This document shows positions 18,192 to 28,349 of a stretch of DNA of 64,000 bases, piece after piece. The translations under genes were made by a program, and so were the position numbers. The notes under the pieces were generated by a model. The model worked only from the letters and a program-made list of their open reading frames with translations. It was not told where the DNA came from and ran no database searches. The number at the start of each line of letters is the position of its first letter. Position 1 is the stretch's first letter. Origin of the DNA: Rhodothermales bacterium. GTDB lineage: Bacteria; Bacteroidota; Rhodothermia; Rhodothermales; Bin80. The stretch is from positions 4,164,265 through 4,228,264 of the forward strand of contig OZ253559.1 in NCBI GenBank assembly GCA_965262785.1. The letters run 5' to 3'.

Positions 18192-19394
18192 ATGCGCTCA
18201 CTAGTCCTCTTGCTTGTGCTCTGTGCTACAGCCTGTACCTCCGAGAAGGCCATGCGCATGGAGCGCGCCCGTACCCTCACGCAGGAGATGACGATCATGG
18301 ACGGCCATATCGATCTGCCGTACCGCATGACGGAATTCCCCGAAGATGTAAGCGGCCCTACAATTGGAGGTGATTTCGATTTCCCGCGTGCCGCGACCGG
18401 AGGGCTCAATGCCCCATTCATGTCGATCTACATCCCGAGCGCCCGCCAGGAGATTTCAGGTTCAGCGCGGCTATTGGCGGACTCCCTCATCGACATGGTC
18501 TACCAAATTGCAGATGATGCGCCGGACAAGTTTGCCGTGGCAACATCTACGGGCGATGTTCATCGCCACAAAGCGGCCGGCCTGGTATCGCTACCCATGG
18601 GCATGGAAAACGGTGCCCCGATCGACAGCCTCGCCGACCTTCAGTATTTCTTTGGCCGAGGCATCCGATACATCACACTAACCCACGCAAGGGATAATCA
18701 GATCAGCGACTCATCATACGACACGACGCGCACATGGGAGGGGCTGAGCCCATTTGGTAAGCTGGTCGTCGATGAAATGAACCGGATTGGCATCATCGTG
18801 GATGTGTCGCACGTAACCGACAGCACAATCTGGCAAGTGTTGCGTCGTTCGAAGGCGCCGGTGCTTGCATCGCATTCTTCAGCACGCCACTTTACACCAG
18901 GGTGGGAGCGAAACGTTAGCGACGAGCTCATTGAGGCATTGGCTGCGCGTAACGGCGTGATCATGATCAGTTTCGGGTCGACATTCTTGCGCAGCGGATA
19001 TCGGGCCCAGCAACAGGCGTTGCGAGAAGAGATTGAAACACACCTGTCTGACGCCGGCATAGCCCGGTATTCGAGGGAAGGCGTGCGCTATTTTGAATCA
19101 GAGCGCAAGGCAAATCCCATTGGGACTCTACAGGACGTGGCAGACCACATTGATCATGTCGTCGGACTTGTGGGCGTGGACCATGTCGGACTTGGCTCCG
19201 ACTTTGATGGAGTTACCGCTCTTCCTTCCGACCTGCAGGACGTCTCCATGTATCCATTCCTTGTCGCCGAGCTTATTAAGCGTGGATATTCGGACGAAGA
19301 TTTGGCCAAGATACTTGGTGGCAACGCTTTGCGGGTGTGGAAAGCTGTGGAGCGTGTTGCAGCCGAGCTCCAGGCGGCCACTAACGCGCAGTAA
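18192..19394 (+). CDS. membrane dipeptidase (peptidase M19), lipoprotein
   Basis: Lipobox LCATAC. Contains MDGHIDLPYR..., ...ITLTHARDNQISDSS... and ...VDVSHV...ASHSSAR..., the renal-dipeptidase family pattern. Confidence 0.85.
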   Translation: MRSLVLLLVLCATACTSEKAMRMERARTLTQEMTIMDGHIDLPYRMTEFPEDVSGPTIGGDFDFPRAATGGLNAPFMSIYIPSARQEISGSARLLADSLIDMVYQIADDAPDKFAVATSTGDVHRHKAAGLVSLPMGMENGAPIDSLADLQYFFGRGIRYITLTHARDNQISDSSYDTTRTWEGLSPFGKLVVDEMNRIGIIVDVSHVTDSTIWQVLRRSKAPVLASHSSARHFTPGWERNVSDELIEALAARNGVIMISFGSTFLRSGYRAQQQALREEIETHLSDAGIARYSREGVRYFESERKANPIGTLQDVADHIDHVVGLVGVDHVGLGSDFDGVTALPSDLQDVSMYPFLVAELIKRGYSDEDLAKILGGNALRVWKAVERVAAELQAATNAQ

Positions 19395-20808
19395 CGCGAT
19401 CGCCCACGTAGGACACTACGCCGTCCTGCGCGATACGCTCCTGTGCGAGCGTATCGCGATTGCGCACCGTGACCGTTCCATCTTGCATTGTCTGCCCATC
19501 AATGGTAATGCACAACGGGGTTCCCGCTTCGTCCATGCGGCGGTAGCGCCGACCGATAGAGCCGCGCTCATCGTAAAATACGTTATACGCTGCCCGTAGC
19601 CCGTCCGTAATCTTGCGCGCAAGCGTAGGCATACCCGCCCTACGAACCAGCGGAAACACCGCGGCCTTCAACGGCGCGAGTGCTGGCGCAAAGCCCATCA
19701 CGGTACGCATGGCGCCTTCAACTTTTTCCTCTCGGTACGCTTCGCAGAGCAGCATCAGGATGGTGCGGTCCAAGCCTGCGGATGTTTCAACCACGTACGG
19801 CACATAGCTCTGCCCGGTATTCTGTTCGAACACCTGCATCTTCTTGCCAGCATACTCCTGGTGCCGCGAGAGGTCGAAGTCAGTGCGTGAGTGGATGCCT
19901 TCGATCTCCTGCCAGCCGATAGGAAATAGGTATTGGATATCTACCGCAGCATCGGCATAGTGCGCCGGCTTTTCGTGTAAATGCCAGCGAATCTTAGCTT
20001 CAGGAATCCCGTTGCCGCAGTGCCATTGCCAACGCTTTTCCTTCCAAGCTTCGTACCACTCCTGCTGAGAGCCGGGCTTCACGAAGTACTGCATCTCCAT
20101 CTGTTCAAACTCCCGCATGCGGAAAATAAATTGGCGAGCTACGACTTCGTTACGAAACGCTTTGCCGACCTGGGCAATGCCGAAGGGTACCTGCAGGCGC
20201 GCAGTGTCGCGCACATTGAATGTGTTGACGAAGATGCCCTGGGCAGTTTCCGGGCGCAGGTAGATTCGCGTATCGCTGGAGGCTACGGCCCCGGCATGTG
20301 TTTCAAACATCATGTTGAACTGGCGCACTTCGGTCCAATCGAAGGCTCCGGAATCGGGCGCACGAATCTCCTCCTCCATAATGATCGCGTGCAGCGCCTT
20401 GGGCAAGTTGTCCGAATGCAGCGCAGCCACGAGCCGGCTGTGGACAACTTCGGCCCGGTCTGTCTTGCCGCTTTGGCGAAGCTTTTCAATGTAGCTCTCT
20501 ATAAGCTGGTCGGCCTTGTAGCGCCGCTTGGACACTTTGTCATCAATTAGCGGGTCATGAAATGCCTCCACATGTCCTGATGCCTTCCACACGTCGGGGT
20601 GCATGAGTATCGCAGCATCAATTCCTGAAATGTTGTCGTGCGCGTAAACCATCGCGCGCCACCAGCGCTCTCGGACGTTGCGTTTGAGCTCGACGCCCAA
20701 CGGGCCATAGTCGTACGTGGCCCCCAGGCCGCCATAGATCTCCGACGAAGGAAATATGAATCCCCGCCGCTTGCAAAGCGAGACGATCTTGTCTAGCTGG
20801 CTACTCAT
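19381..20808 (-). CDS. glyQS: glycine--tRNA ligase (homodimeric class II type)
   Basis: 475 aa. MSSQLDKIVSLCKRRGFIFPSSEIYGGLGATYDYGPLGVELK..., ...YLRPETAQGIF... and ...FRNE... are present. Confidence 0.95.
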   Translation of the reverse strand: MSSQLDKIVSLCKRRGFIFPSSEIYGGLGATYDYGPLGVELKRNVRERWWRAMVYAHDNISGIDAAILMHPDVWKASGHVEAFHDPLIDDKVSKRRYKADQLIESYIEKLRQSGKTDRAEVVHSRLVAALHSDNLPKALHAIIMEEEIRAPDSGAFDWTEVRQFNMMFETHAGAVASSDTRIYLRPETAQGIFVNTFNVRDTARLQVPFGIAQVGKAFRNEVVARQFIFRMREFEQMEMQYFVKPGSQQEWYEAWKEKRWQWHCGNGIPEAKIRWHLHEKPAHYADAAVDIQYLFPIGWQEIEGIHSRTDFDLSRHQEYAGKKMQVFEQNTGQSYVPYVVETSAGLDRTILMLLCEAYREEKVEGAMRTVMGFAPALAPLKAAVFPLVRRAGMPTLARKITDGLRAAYNVFYDERGSIGRRYRRMDEAGTPLCITIDGQTMQDGTVTVRNRDTLAQERIAQDGVVSYVGDRVTAR

Positions 20809-20869
20809 TGGAAGGCTTTTCGTGGGCGCTATCTATACAAGGACGGCGCATTCAGTACGTATGGGCTCG

Positions 20870-21982
20870 TCAGAGGTGGCGGAGCAGCCAAGTTACCATC
20901 TGTTCATTCGTCGGAAAAATCTGCATATGGCGCGTCAATGCCTGCATGGCCTCAATGGGGCGGCGACTGTTTAGCGCCCGGAAAAGCCGGTGGTACTGAT
21001 GCGTCATGTCACCCAGCAGCAGCTCCTCGTTGCGCGTTCCGGTCTTGCGCAGGTTGATGGCCGGCCATATGCGTTTGTCCGCCATCTCGCGATCCAGCAC
21101 AATCTCCGCGTTGCCAGTGCCCTTGAATTCTTCAAAGATAACCTCATCCATACGGCTGCCCGTCTCTATGAGCGCCGTTGCAAGGATCGTCAGTGAGCCT
21201 CCCTCCTCAATGTTACGAGCGGCGCCGAAGAGTCGACGGGGAATCTTCATGGCACCCGCGTCCAGCCCGCCAGACATGGTGCGCCCGGATCCCTCGCCCC
21301 ACAGGTTGAATGTGCGCCCCAGTCGGGTAAGCGAGTCAAGAAGCAGCACGACGTCGCGATTCAGCTCCGCCAGCCGCTTGGCGTGCTCCAACGCCAGCAC
21401 CGAAACGCGAACATGATTGATCTCCTCACGATCACTCGAAGAGGCGAAAATCATCGCATTAGTGGACCGCTTGAAATCCGTCACCTCTTCCGGGCGTTCA
21501 TCAACAAGCAGGGCTACCTGCGATATTTCGGGGTGATTCTGCGTGAGCGAGGCTGCGATCTCCTTGAGAATGATCGTCTTACCCGTGCGAGGAGGCGCTA
21601 CGATCAGGGCACGCTGGCCCTTGCCAATAGGGCACGCAAGGTCAACCACGCGCATGGTGATGTCAGCGGCTCCCTTGACTAAGTTCAGCTTGCTATCGGG
21701 ATAAATGATTTGGCCCGACTCAAAGAGCTCCGTCTCGGCCCACTCTGCGGGCGACACGCCCATGATCTTGCTTACACGATGCACCTGCATGTCGCCTTTG
21801 CGGCCCGGGCGCAAAGTCCCTTCCAGGATGCTGCCATCCCTGAGGTGTAGCCGGCGGATCAGCGGCGGCGGACAGAATGGGTCATCGTCCCCCTTGGGCA
21901 AGTCGGATCGAATCTGACGGATAAAGCCAAATTTCTTGTCGCCTATAAACTCCAAGATCCCGCGAAAACGTTTTTCAGCCAT
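20870..21982 (-). CDS. rho: transcription termination factor Rho (short form, 370 aa)
   Basis: Has the CSD-like RNA-binding motifs FGFIRQ and IRRLHLRDGSILEG, Walker A (APPRTGKT), LLVDERPEEV, and GGLDAGAMKIPRRLFGAARNIEEGGSLTILATALIETGSRMDEVIFEEFKGTGN. In-frame stops lie directly upstream of the ATG. Confidence 0.85.
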   Translation of the reverse strand: MAEKRFRGILEFIGDKKFGFIRQIRSDLPKGDDDPFCPPPLIRRLHLRDGSILEGTLRPGRKGDMQVHRVSKIMGVSPAEWAETELFESGQIIYPDSKLNLVKGAADITMRVVDLACPIGKGQRALIVAPPRTGKTIILKEIAASLTQNHPEISQVALLVDERPEEVTDFKRSTNAMIFASSSDREEINHVRVSVLALEHAKRLAELNRDVVLLLDSLTRLGRTFNLWGEGSGRTMSGGLDAGAMKIPRRLFGAARNIEEGGSLTILATALIETGSRMDEVIFEEFKGTGNAEIVLDREMADKRIWPAINLRKTGTRNEELLLGDMTHQYHRLFRALNSRRPIEAMQALTRHMQIFPTNEQMVTWLLRHL

Positions 21983-22137
21983 ACGAGAGCCACCTGCTAT
22001 TCATAGCTTATCTTGCGTGCTGGCATGTAGATGGACAAAGGACAGGACCGCCGAACGTGCGATCCACAGTACACGGTGCAAGGCTGCACCTACCAGAAAG
22101 GCTTAGTCTAAAGATACACGCTTCTGCAGAAAAGTGC

Positions 22138-22740
22138 ATGACCTGTACAACAGATCTTGAAGAGACCCTTTGGCAGCAAGGTTTTACGCATGTAGCTGGC
22201 ATTGACGAGGCAGGCCGAGGTGCACTGGCCGGGCCTGTGGTCGCGGCAGCTGTCATTCTTCCAGAGGGCGTCGTCCTTCCTGGCGTAGACGACAGCAAGA
22301 AGCTGCGCGCCTCGTTGCGAGAAGAGCTCTTCTGTACCATTCGTGACCATGCCGTAGCCATATCCGTCTGTTCGCGCTCACCTGCACAAATTGATGCGGT
22401 CAACGTCCTGCAGGCGACCCTTCAGGCCATGCGCGAGGCTGCCGACACACTACGCGTGTCGCCAGACTACGTACTAATAGATGGCAACGCCGCATTTCTG
22501 GACAGCCCCTGGCCAGTGCGTACGGTAAAGCAGGGCGATGCCCGTTGCCAGTCCATAGCCGCAGCGTCCATCATCGCCAAAGTGTCGCGCGACAGAACCA
22601 TGCGGGCACTGCACATGCATCATCCAGCATACGGCTGGCTCACCAACGTAGGCTATCCGACCCGCGCCCACTATGCTGCGCTTGCGGCTTCCGGTCCAAC
22701 GCTGCATCATCGCCGATCGTTCAGACTTTCTGCCGCGTAG
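22138..22740 (+). CDS. rnhB: ribonuclease HII
   Basis: VAGIDEAGRGALAGPVVAAAVIL...DDSKKL...IDGN...GDARCQSIAAASIIAKVSRD. The start is trimmed to ATG 22138. Confidence 0.9.
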   Translation: MTCTTDLEETLWQQGFTHVAGIDEAGRGALAGPVVAAAVILPEGVVLPGVDDSKKLRASLREELFCTIRDHAVAISVCSRSPAQIDAVNVLQATLQAMREAADTLRVSPDYVLIDGNAAFLDSPWPVRTVKQGDARCQSIAAASIIAKVSRDRTMRALHMHHPAYGWLTNVGYPTRAHYAALAASGPTLHHRRSFRLSAA

Positions 22741-23276
22741 GCACGTACTGCCCGAATCGCCGCGTGTACGAGTGCGCGATGGTTTTCCGCTGGAATGATA
22801 GTGATGTGTGCGCGTTCATAGAATGGTGCCCGTTTCGCCAGTAGGCTGGCAATCTTCTCCCGCAGCGCAGGGCCGGGGAGGCGCCGGCCAAATTCATCCC
22901 TGAGCAGAGGTCGCACGACAGGATCGGCCACCAGCCGGCGCTGCAGCTCTTCTACGGGCACCTTCAGGTACAGTACGATACCATGGGTAAGGGCCCAACG
23001 TAGGTTACCTTCGCGAGCCAGAGCCCCACCGCCAAGGGCATATACGATCCCTGGCTGCGCCGAACGCAGCGCGGCAGCTTCCAGCGCCCTGAAACGCGAC
23101 TCGCCTCCGCGCGCAAATATGTCAGCAATGCTCCGACCTGCGCGGTCCGCGATGACCTCGTCAAGGTCCGCAAAACGGAGATTCAGCGCTTCTGCCAGCG
23201 GCCGGCCGAGCGTACTCTTGCCGCTGCCCATGAAGCCTGTCAGAAACACCTTGGTGTCACTCAGGCCCGCTTCCAT
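22707..23276 (-). CDS. aroK: shikimate kinase
   Basis: Contains VFLTGFMGSGKSTLGRPLAEAL (P-loop), DLDEVI and ...GGGA.... Confidence 0.85.
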   Translation of the reverse strand: MEAGLSDTKVFLTGFMGSGKSTLGRPLAEALNLRFADLDEVIADRAGRSIADIFARGGESRFRALEAAALRSAQPGIVYALGGGALAREGNLRWALTHGIVLYLKVPVEELQRRLVADPVVRPLLRDEFGRRLPGPALREKIASLLAKRAPFYERAHITIIPAENHRALVHAAIRAVRAYAAESLNDRR

Positions 23277-23291
23277 TTCGCGCCAGAGTGC

Positions 23292-24212
23292 CTAAAAGCG
23301 GTGCTTCAACTGCAGCCCAACGGTCACAGCCGAAAGGTCGCTCGTCGAGTAAAATCCGTGTACGGGCTCGGTTCCTCCTTTGCGGATGTTTGGCTCGTGG
23401 CTGCGCAGCGGATCCCACACCAAGTCGTCACTTTCGAAGTCGAGATACATGATGTACTGCGCCTTGAACCCAATGGAGAACCGCTCCGACAAATGCCGAT
23501 CGGCTCCCACCATCAAGTGGATCGCCGGGGAGGCAGCCCGCATGACGGTCTGGCCGTCACTAAAGGTGCCGGCGAGGTTCTGGCGGATTTCGTCGCCATT
23601 GGGCTGGTCCAAACCAGTCTTTATTGCGTCCACATCCTTGTTGCGCGCCCAAAGGCTGGCGTACCCAGCGGCTGTGAGGGCCACACCCCCTCCGGCTCCT
23701 ACATACAGCCCGAAGGGTCGCTCGTCCAATGTGTGGTCAAGATATACGTTGATAAAGACCCCATTTGCAGACAGGGTGCCCAGCCGCTCGCGCGCAAGAA
23801 AAATCTCCTGTGTCAACTTTTCCTGGTTAGATCCTGTTGCCCCTCCTACAAGCGCAGCGTCGTCGTAGGTCACTTTCCATACCGAATGCTCAGCCTCGAG
23901 TCGGAGCCACGGTCTAACCTGATACCCAATTGACAGGTTGCCAATCAGGCCGCCAGCGCCTGCGAATTCCGCCTTCCATCCATTGCCAGCGCCCCGACTC
24001 GGATCGGTGCAGCCAGGCACGCTGGCATACTGGGGGTTGATGAATTCGTCGCAAAGGCTAGACCGGTCATTGCTGTTGCCATTCATGGTCACACCAGGGG
24101 CAACGCCGCCGCCAAACTCCGCACCCAGATACCACCGATTCTGGGCATGGGCGGGAACCGCGAAGAGCACGCCGAAGGCCAAAAGCCCTGCAGCCGTGAA
24201 TAGCTTGTCCAT
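23292..24212 (-). CDS. outer-membrane beta-barrel (porin-like) protein
   Basis: 306 aa with a signal peptide (MDKLFTAAGLLAFGVLFAVPAHAQ). It has alternating strands and a C-terminal ...GLQLKHRF. Confidence 0.6.
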   Translation of the reverse strand: MDKLFTAAGLLAFGVLFAVPAHAQNRWYLGAEFGGGVAPGVTMNGNSNDRSSLCDEFINPQYASVPGCTDPSRGAGNGWKAEFAGAGGLIGNLSIGYQVRPWLRLEAEHSVWKVTYDDAALVGGATGSNQEKLTQEIFLARERLGTLSANGVFINVYLDHTLDERPFGLYVGAGGGVALTAAGYASLWARNKDVDAIKTGLDQPNGDEIRQNLAGTFSDGQTVMRAASPAIHLMVGADRHLSERFSIGFKAQYIMYLDFESDDLVWDPLRSHEPNIRKGGTEPVHGFYSTSDLSAVTVGLQLKHRF

Positions 24213-26230
24213 AACTGCTTTGCGTTCTGCGTCAGAGAAAAAGATATGCCAAAAAACCGTGCAATTGATGTGCGGTGTAGTAAGTAGTCATATGTAGTAG
24301 AAGACCTCGGACCACTGTCGTCTTAAAGGCTCCTTACCGGCAGTAGTGCATTTGGCGCACGCTCCAAAACCCAAACAGGCGGCCCATTGAGAGCGGAGCC
24401 GCGTCAGCTAAGCAAGTCACCTGGACTGCCATCGCACATCAGTCTACGCGGGTTGACGTCCCATAGGTCCCGTGCCTGTTGCATACCTAGGAGTCAAGCC
24501 ATTCCTTGCAGGCTCGCGATGCCCGCTCGATCGTCGGAAAAAGACAGAGTTGGCTGACCGCCGATTGCATGCATCACGATGGAAGCGAATTCAATGAGCA
24601 GCCCCCAGGGGGGATTTCATAAAAGGCAACTTGGAACTGCCCGGCAATGCTATCAGAGGTCCGTATCAACCTGTCATTCTGTGGCCTCCGACGCGGTGAC
24701 GCCGATCCTGGCAGGGTATCACAATGGTTTTTCACAAGCTCGTTGCCTAAGAGGCGCATTTGATTGAGCCACGTGTGGCCGCAGTGCTCATCGATATGGT
24801 AGTCCACAATCGCTGCGCTATCCGGGTCAAGGATCTAGTTTCTGAGATAGTTTTCTTCAAGCCTATGGCGAACCTTGAATATTGCCTCATTCGGCAGTAC
24901 ACACTCTACGATATGCTGCTCGCCCCAGGGATATGGCCGCCCCGCACGGCACCCTTCTGCGGATTAGCAAACATGCGCAGCAACTCGCTCCCAAACTACG
25001 CTGGCGACCAATCCTTCAACTGGACCCTGCCTGATGTGCCAGCAAATCGTAGCGGAATGCGCACATAGCCTCTTGGTGCAGGCGAATGCTCTAGTGGGTC
25101 TGTGAGAACAACGGAGCCTCCTGGTTACACCCCGACCTTTAGGCCACCACCGTTCAGAATGGCTGTGTAGTTGTGGCTGAATAACTTGCAGGCGCAGAAG
25201 TCATACGTAGCCCACCAACTGTTCTTGTTGCCCTTACGGTTAGGGTTCGGTCGCGGCTTCAGTACATTTTGACTTACACCAAAGGTGTCTCGAGCCCACA
25301 CGATAGCGGCACCAAAAACGAATATGGCTATGATTGAGATGCTACTGCGGAGCGGGTTCAATATCCAGTGGCTGCTGTTTCCGTGGTTGTACAGATATCT
25401 GGCGTGCTCAGACAGCAACCGGTTGGTGCGGATCGAGGCACAATTGCCGGAGAGCAGGTGGGCCGGATCGGGCCGCACTGGCGCAGGCCCATTTGTCCAA
25501 GCAGGCGCTGGACCTGCTAGCCTTGCTGGCGCTGGTGGAGGGACTGCGGGGCGATTCGACCATGCGCTGTCTGTGCAGTCAGCACGGATTGGGTATGGGA
25601 TGTAAGTCGGCATTTACGCGAACGAGGCCCGCTCGCCGGCGTTGCTTTTCATTCCGTTTGGCGGCAGGCTTTCTGACCGACTCCGACTGTGTCGCCTGGG
25701 TCCTTGGTTTTCCGGACATCAGACTCGAACTGAAGATCATCCAGAGCTTGCGATCAGTGCCTGAAGCGCCGCCGCTGAATGCACTGACCCCATGGCACGA
25801 GATGAAAATCCACGAGCATTTAGAAAAGCCACAGCAGTCCGGTTGGTTCACGTAAAAACTGGTTAGCAGCACGCAGTAAACGGATATATTCTGCATTTTG
25901 GAGCTGGAGCATGTGAAACATTTGATTGCAGGGTATTGTGAAGTAGTCGGGACGCAGTTCGACCATGCGAATGCAAGCTGAGGCTCGGAACCTGAAAGAC
26001 TTGACTCGGCGCCTATTTTGCGTAGCCAAAGTGATTGATCGCCGGTACGCCGCATTTGTGCGTGCTACGGCAAGCACTCCAGTAGCCATAGCATGGAAAC
26101 GCGGAGCAATGCTGCTCCGAGGTTGGCTTCAATAGTGCGGGCGTCAAGGCAGCGTGCCAGATTTGAACAAAGACGTGGTCGTGGCAATTTGCAGTATTGA
26201 AAAAGCTTAAAAACCCGCGCATCAAGACCC

Positions 26231-26965
26231 GTGACATATCGCCTACTGATAGAATATGACGGCAGTGCCTTTTGCGGGTGGCAGCGCCAACACGGGCCGC
26301 CGACGGTGCAAGCGGCGCTGGAAGAGGCTCTGGCCATCGTGTTGCAAGTACCTACGCCCATTACGGGTGCGGGGCGTACCGACAGCGGCGTCCATGCGCG
26401 GGGACAGGTGGCGCACTTTCAAGCGGGTGCTCTGGACACTGGGGACGTAGAGCGATCGCTCAATGGCCTCACGCCCCCTTCCGTCGTGGTGCAAGCACTT
26501 GAAGTGGCACCCGATGGCTTCAACGCGCGATTCGATGCCACCAGTCGGCGCTATCACTACTACGTAAGCTGCGAGCATACCGCACTAGAGCGGCACTTCC
26601 GGTACATGTTGCCCTACTCCGTTTGCTTCGACGCCATGAACGCGGCAGCTACACACTTGCTTGGAGAACATCACTTCGGTGCCTTCTGCCTACACCGTTC
26701 CGCAACACGCAACCGGGTGTGCAACGTTACGCGTGCGCAGTGGGTGCCCGAATCGCGCCCGCACGAATGGCGCTTCGAAGTCGAAGCCAACCGATTCTTG
26801 CACGGCATGGTACGCGCTATCGTCGGTACGCTAATCGACATCGGACGAGGCAAGCGGCCCGTGAATGACGTAACACGCATCCTGAATTCGCGTGATAGAC
26901 GGGAAGCAGGGCCGGCGGCACCGCCCCATGGCCTAGTGCTGGAAATCGTCCGCTACGCCGAATAG
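26231..26965 (+). CDS. truA: tRNA pseudouridine(38-40) synthase
   Basis: YRLLIEYDGSAFCGWQRQ...GAGRTDSGVHARGQVAHF...RRYHYY is canonical TruA. The start codon is GTG. Confidence 0.9.
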   Translation: MTYRLLIEYDGSAFCGWQRQHGPPTVQAALEEALAIVLQVPTPITGAGRTDSGVHARGQVAHFQAGALDTGDVERSLNGLTPPSVVVQALEVAPDGFNARFDATSRRYHYYVSCEHTALERHFRYMLPYSVCFDAMNAAATHLLGEHHFGAFCLHRSATRNRVCNVTRAQWVPESRPHEWRFEVEANRFLHGMVRAIVGTLIDIGRGKRPVNDVTRILNSRDRREAGPAAPPHGLVLEIVRYAE

Positions 26966-27018
26966 AACCTCTTTTTCGCCCAAGGGGTACCACTCCAATT
27001 CCCACAAGATGCTGTGCC

Positions 27019-28344
27019 ATGTCGCGCGTTTTAGCGCTTTCAATCGTCGTAGTGTTGGCGGCATGCGAACGCCCGTTCGTAGACGTCAGCCAACCGGATG
27101 TGGTAATCTTGTCGCCGGATCTCTCGGAGGTCCTGCAACAGACTCAATTCGTTCTAAAGATCCGCGCAGGATCGTTTCGCAATATCGAAACAGTCTCGGT
27201 CAACGGCATACCGATGCAGTATGCCAGTAGCAATCGAGCCTGGTCCCTCCTGTTGAATGCGCGCCGCGGACTTAACGAGCTCGTTATTGAAGCATCCGAC
27301 GTTGAGGAGGTCAGTAGCCTTGACACAGCGTACGCCCTGTACCTTCCCTCGCAGTATGTGGCCAACAGCCCCCCACTACCTGCAGGACGTGGAGGCCACA
27401 CGACAACTCGGACACGCAACCAGGAGTTTTTCGTAATCGGCGGCGCTTCGCGTGTTGGGGGACCCGCTCATGCGACGGTATACGTCATGTCGCCTCCTGG
27501 AGGCGGGTTTACCGCCTCCAGTGTACGACTTTCGGAAGCCCGGACCGGACATACGGCCACGCTACTAGCCGACGGAAGAGTGCTCGTGGTGGGTGGTAGC
27601 CGCACGGACGACATCGTTAGCGTTGCGGACTTGGTCGAGACGCCTGAAGTCTACAACCATTCCACACGCACGTTCGAGACTTGGGTGGTCATTGGAGAAC
27701 CCATACGGCGGGCCTTGCACACCGCCACATATCGCCGAACCAGCGAAGGCGAATTCGTGTATCTGTACGGAGGCTTAGGCGACACACGATATGGTAGCGA
27801 TCCGTTCCTTGGCGTACGCCGAGACCTGCGAACTTTTCGCATACTCAACGATACACTCGTTGCCGAGAACTCGCTGGCGAGCGCAGCTTACTTTGGGGAC
27901 CCGATCTACGGGCATACAGTCAACCGCATCCAGATTGGACCCTACTTCGTCTTTGGTGGCCGTTTTGATGCGGATTTCCAGAAAGAGACTAGCTTCAGCA
28001 TAGAATTCACGCCCTCGCAAGAAATTCTCGAAGTCGATGTTCCATCGCTTCAAGTTCCACGGACACGCCACGCAGCGGCCCCCTTCTTCAACAACCTTCT
28101 CTTCATCTCCGGTGGGCGCCAGCAATCTGCAACAAATATTGTCCTTGAAACCGAGCTATTCTCCCAGGCGTCTGGAACTGTGTTTCGCTTGGGCCAACGG
28201 CGGCCGATCTTCTCTAGATTCGGCCACACCGCCACGAATATGGAATTTGGTGAAGTATTGATCATCGGTGGTTTTGGCCCTGATGGAACTGCTCGGGCCG
28301 CTTCAGAGTTTTTTGTTGTATTACCCGAAACCCCGCAGGACTAG
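27019..28344 (+). CDS. Kelch-repeat lipoprotein
   Basis: Lipobox VLAAC. Repeated GG..R.GHT.T.L.DGRVLVVGG-type blades are present (RGGHTTTRTRNQEFFVIGG, RTGHTATLLADGRVLVVGG, RFGHTATNMEFGEVLIIGG). Confidence 0.65.
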   Translation: MSRVLALSIVVVLAACERPFVDVSQPDVVILSPDLSEVLQQTQFVLKIRAGSFRNIETVSVNGIPMQYASSNRAWSLLLNARRGLNELVIEASDVEEVSSLDTAYALYLPSQYVANSPPLPAGRGGHTTTRTRNQEFFVIGGASRVGGPAHATVYVMSPPGGGFTASSVRLSEARTGHTATLLADGRVLVVGGSRTDDIVSVADLVETPEVYNHSTRTFETWVVIGEPIRRALHTATYRRTSEGEFVYLYGGLGDTRYGSDPFLGVRRDLRTFRILNDTLVAENSLASAAYFGDPIYGHTVNRIQIGPYFVFGGRFDADFQKETSFSIEFTPSQEILEVDVPSLQVPRTRHAAAPFFNNLLFISGGRQQSATNIVLETELFSQASGTVFRLGQRRPIFSRFGHTATNMEFGEVLIIGGFGPDGTARAASEFFVVLPETPQD

Positions 28345-28349
28345 AGCTT

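Noticed and set aside
24835-24837. Recurrent in-frame TAG codons inside otherwise open frames (24835, 29632, 42891, 60456) as a sign of stop-codon reassignment or programmed read-through.
   Set aside because: TAG is used as the normal terminator of well-conserved core genes in this same window, for example mltG at 2436-2438, the aldo/keto reductase at 6688-6690 and the TonB receptor at 9159-9161. All four interrupted frames lie in the poorly coding patches, so ordinary nonsense mutations in decaying genes are the simpler explanation.
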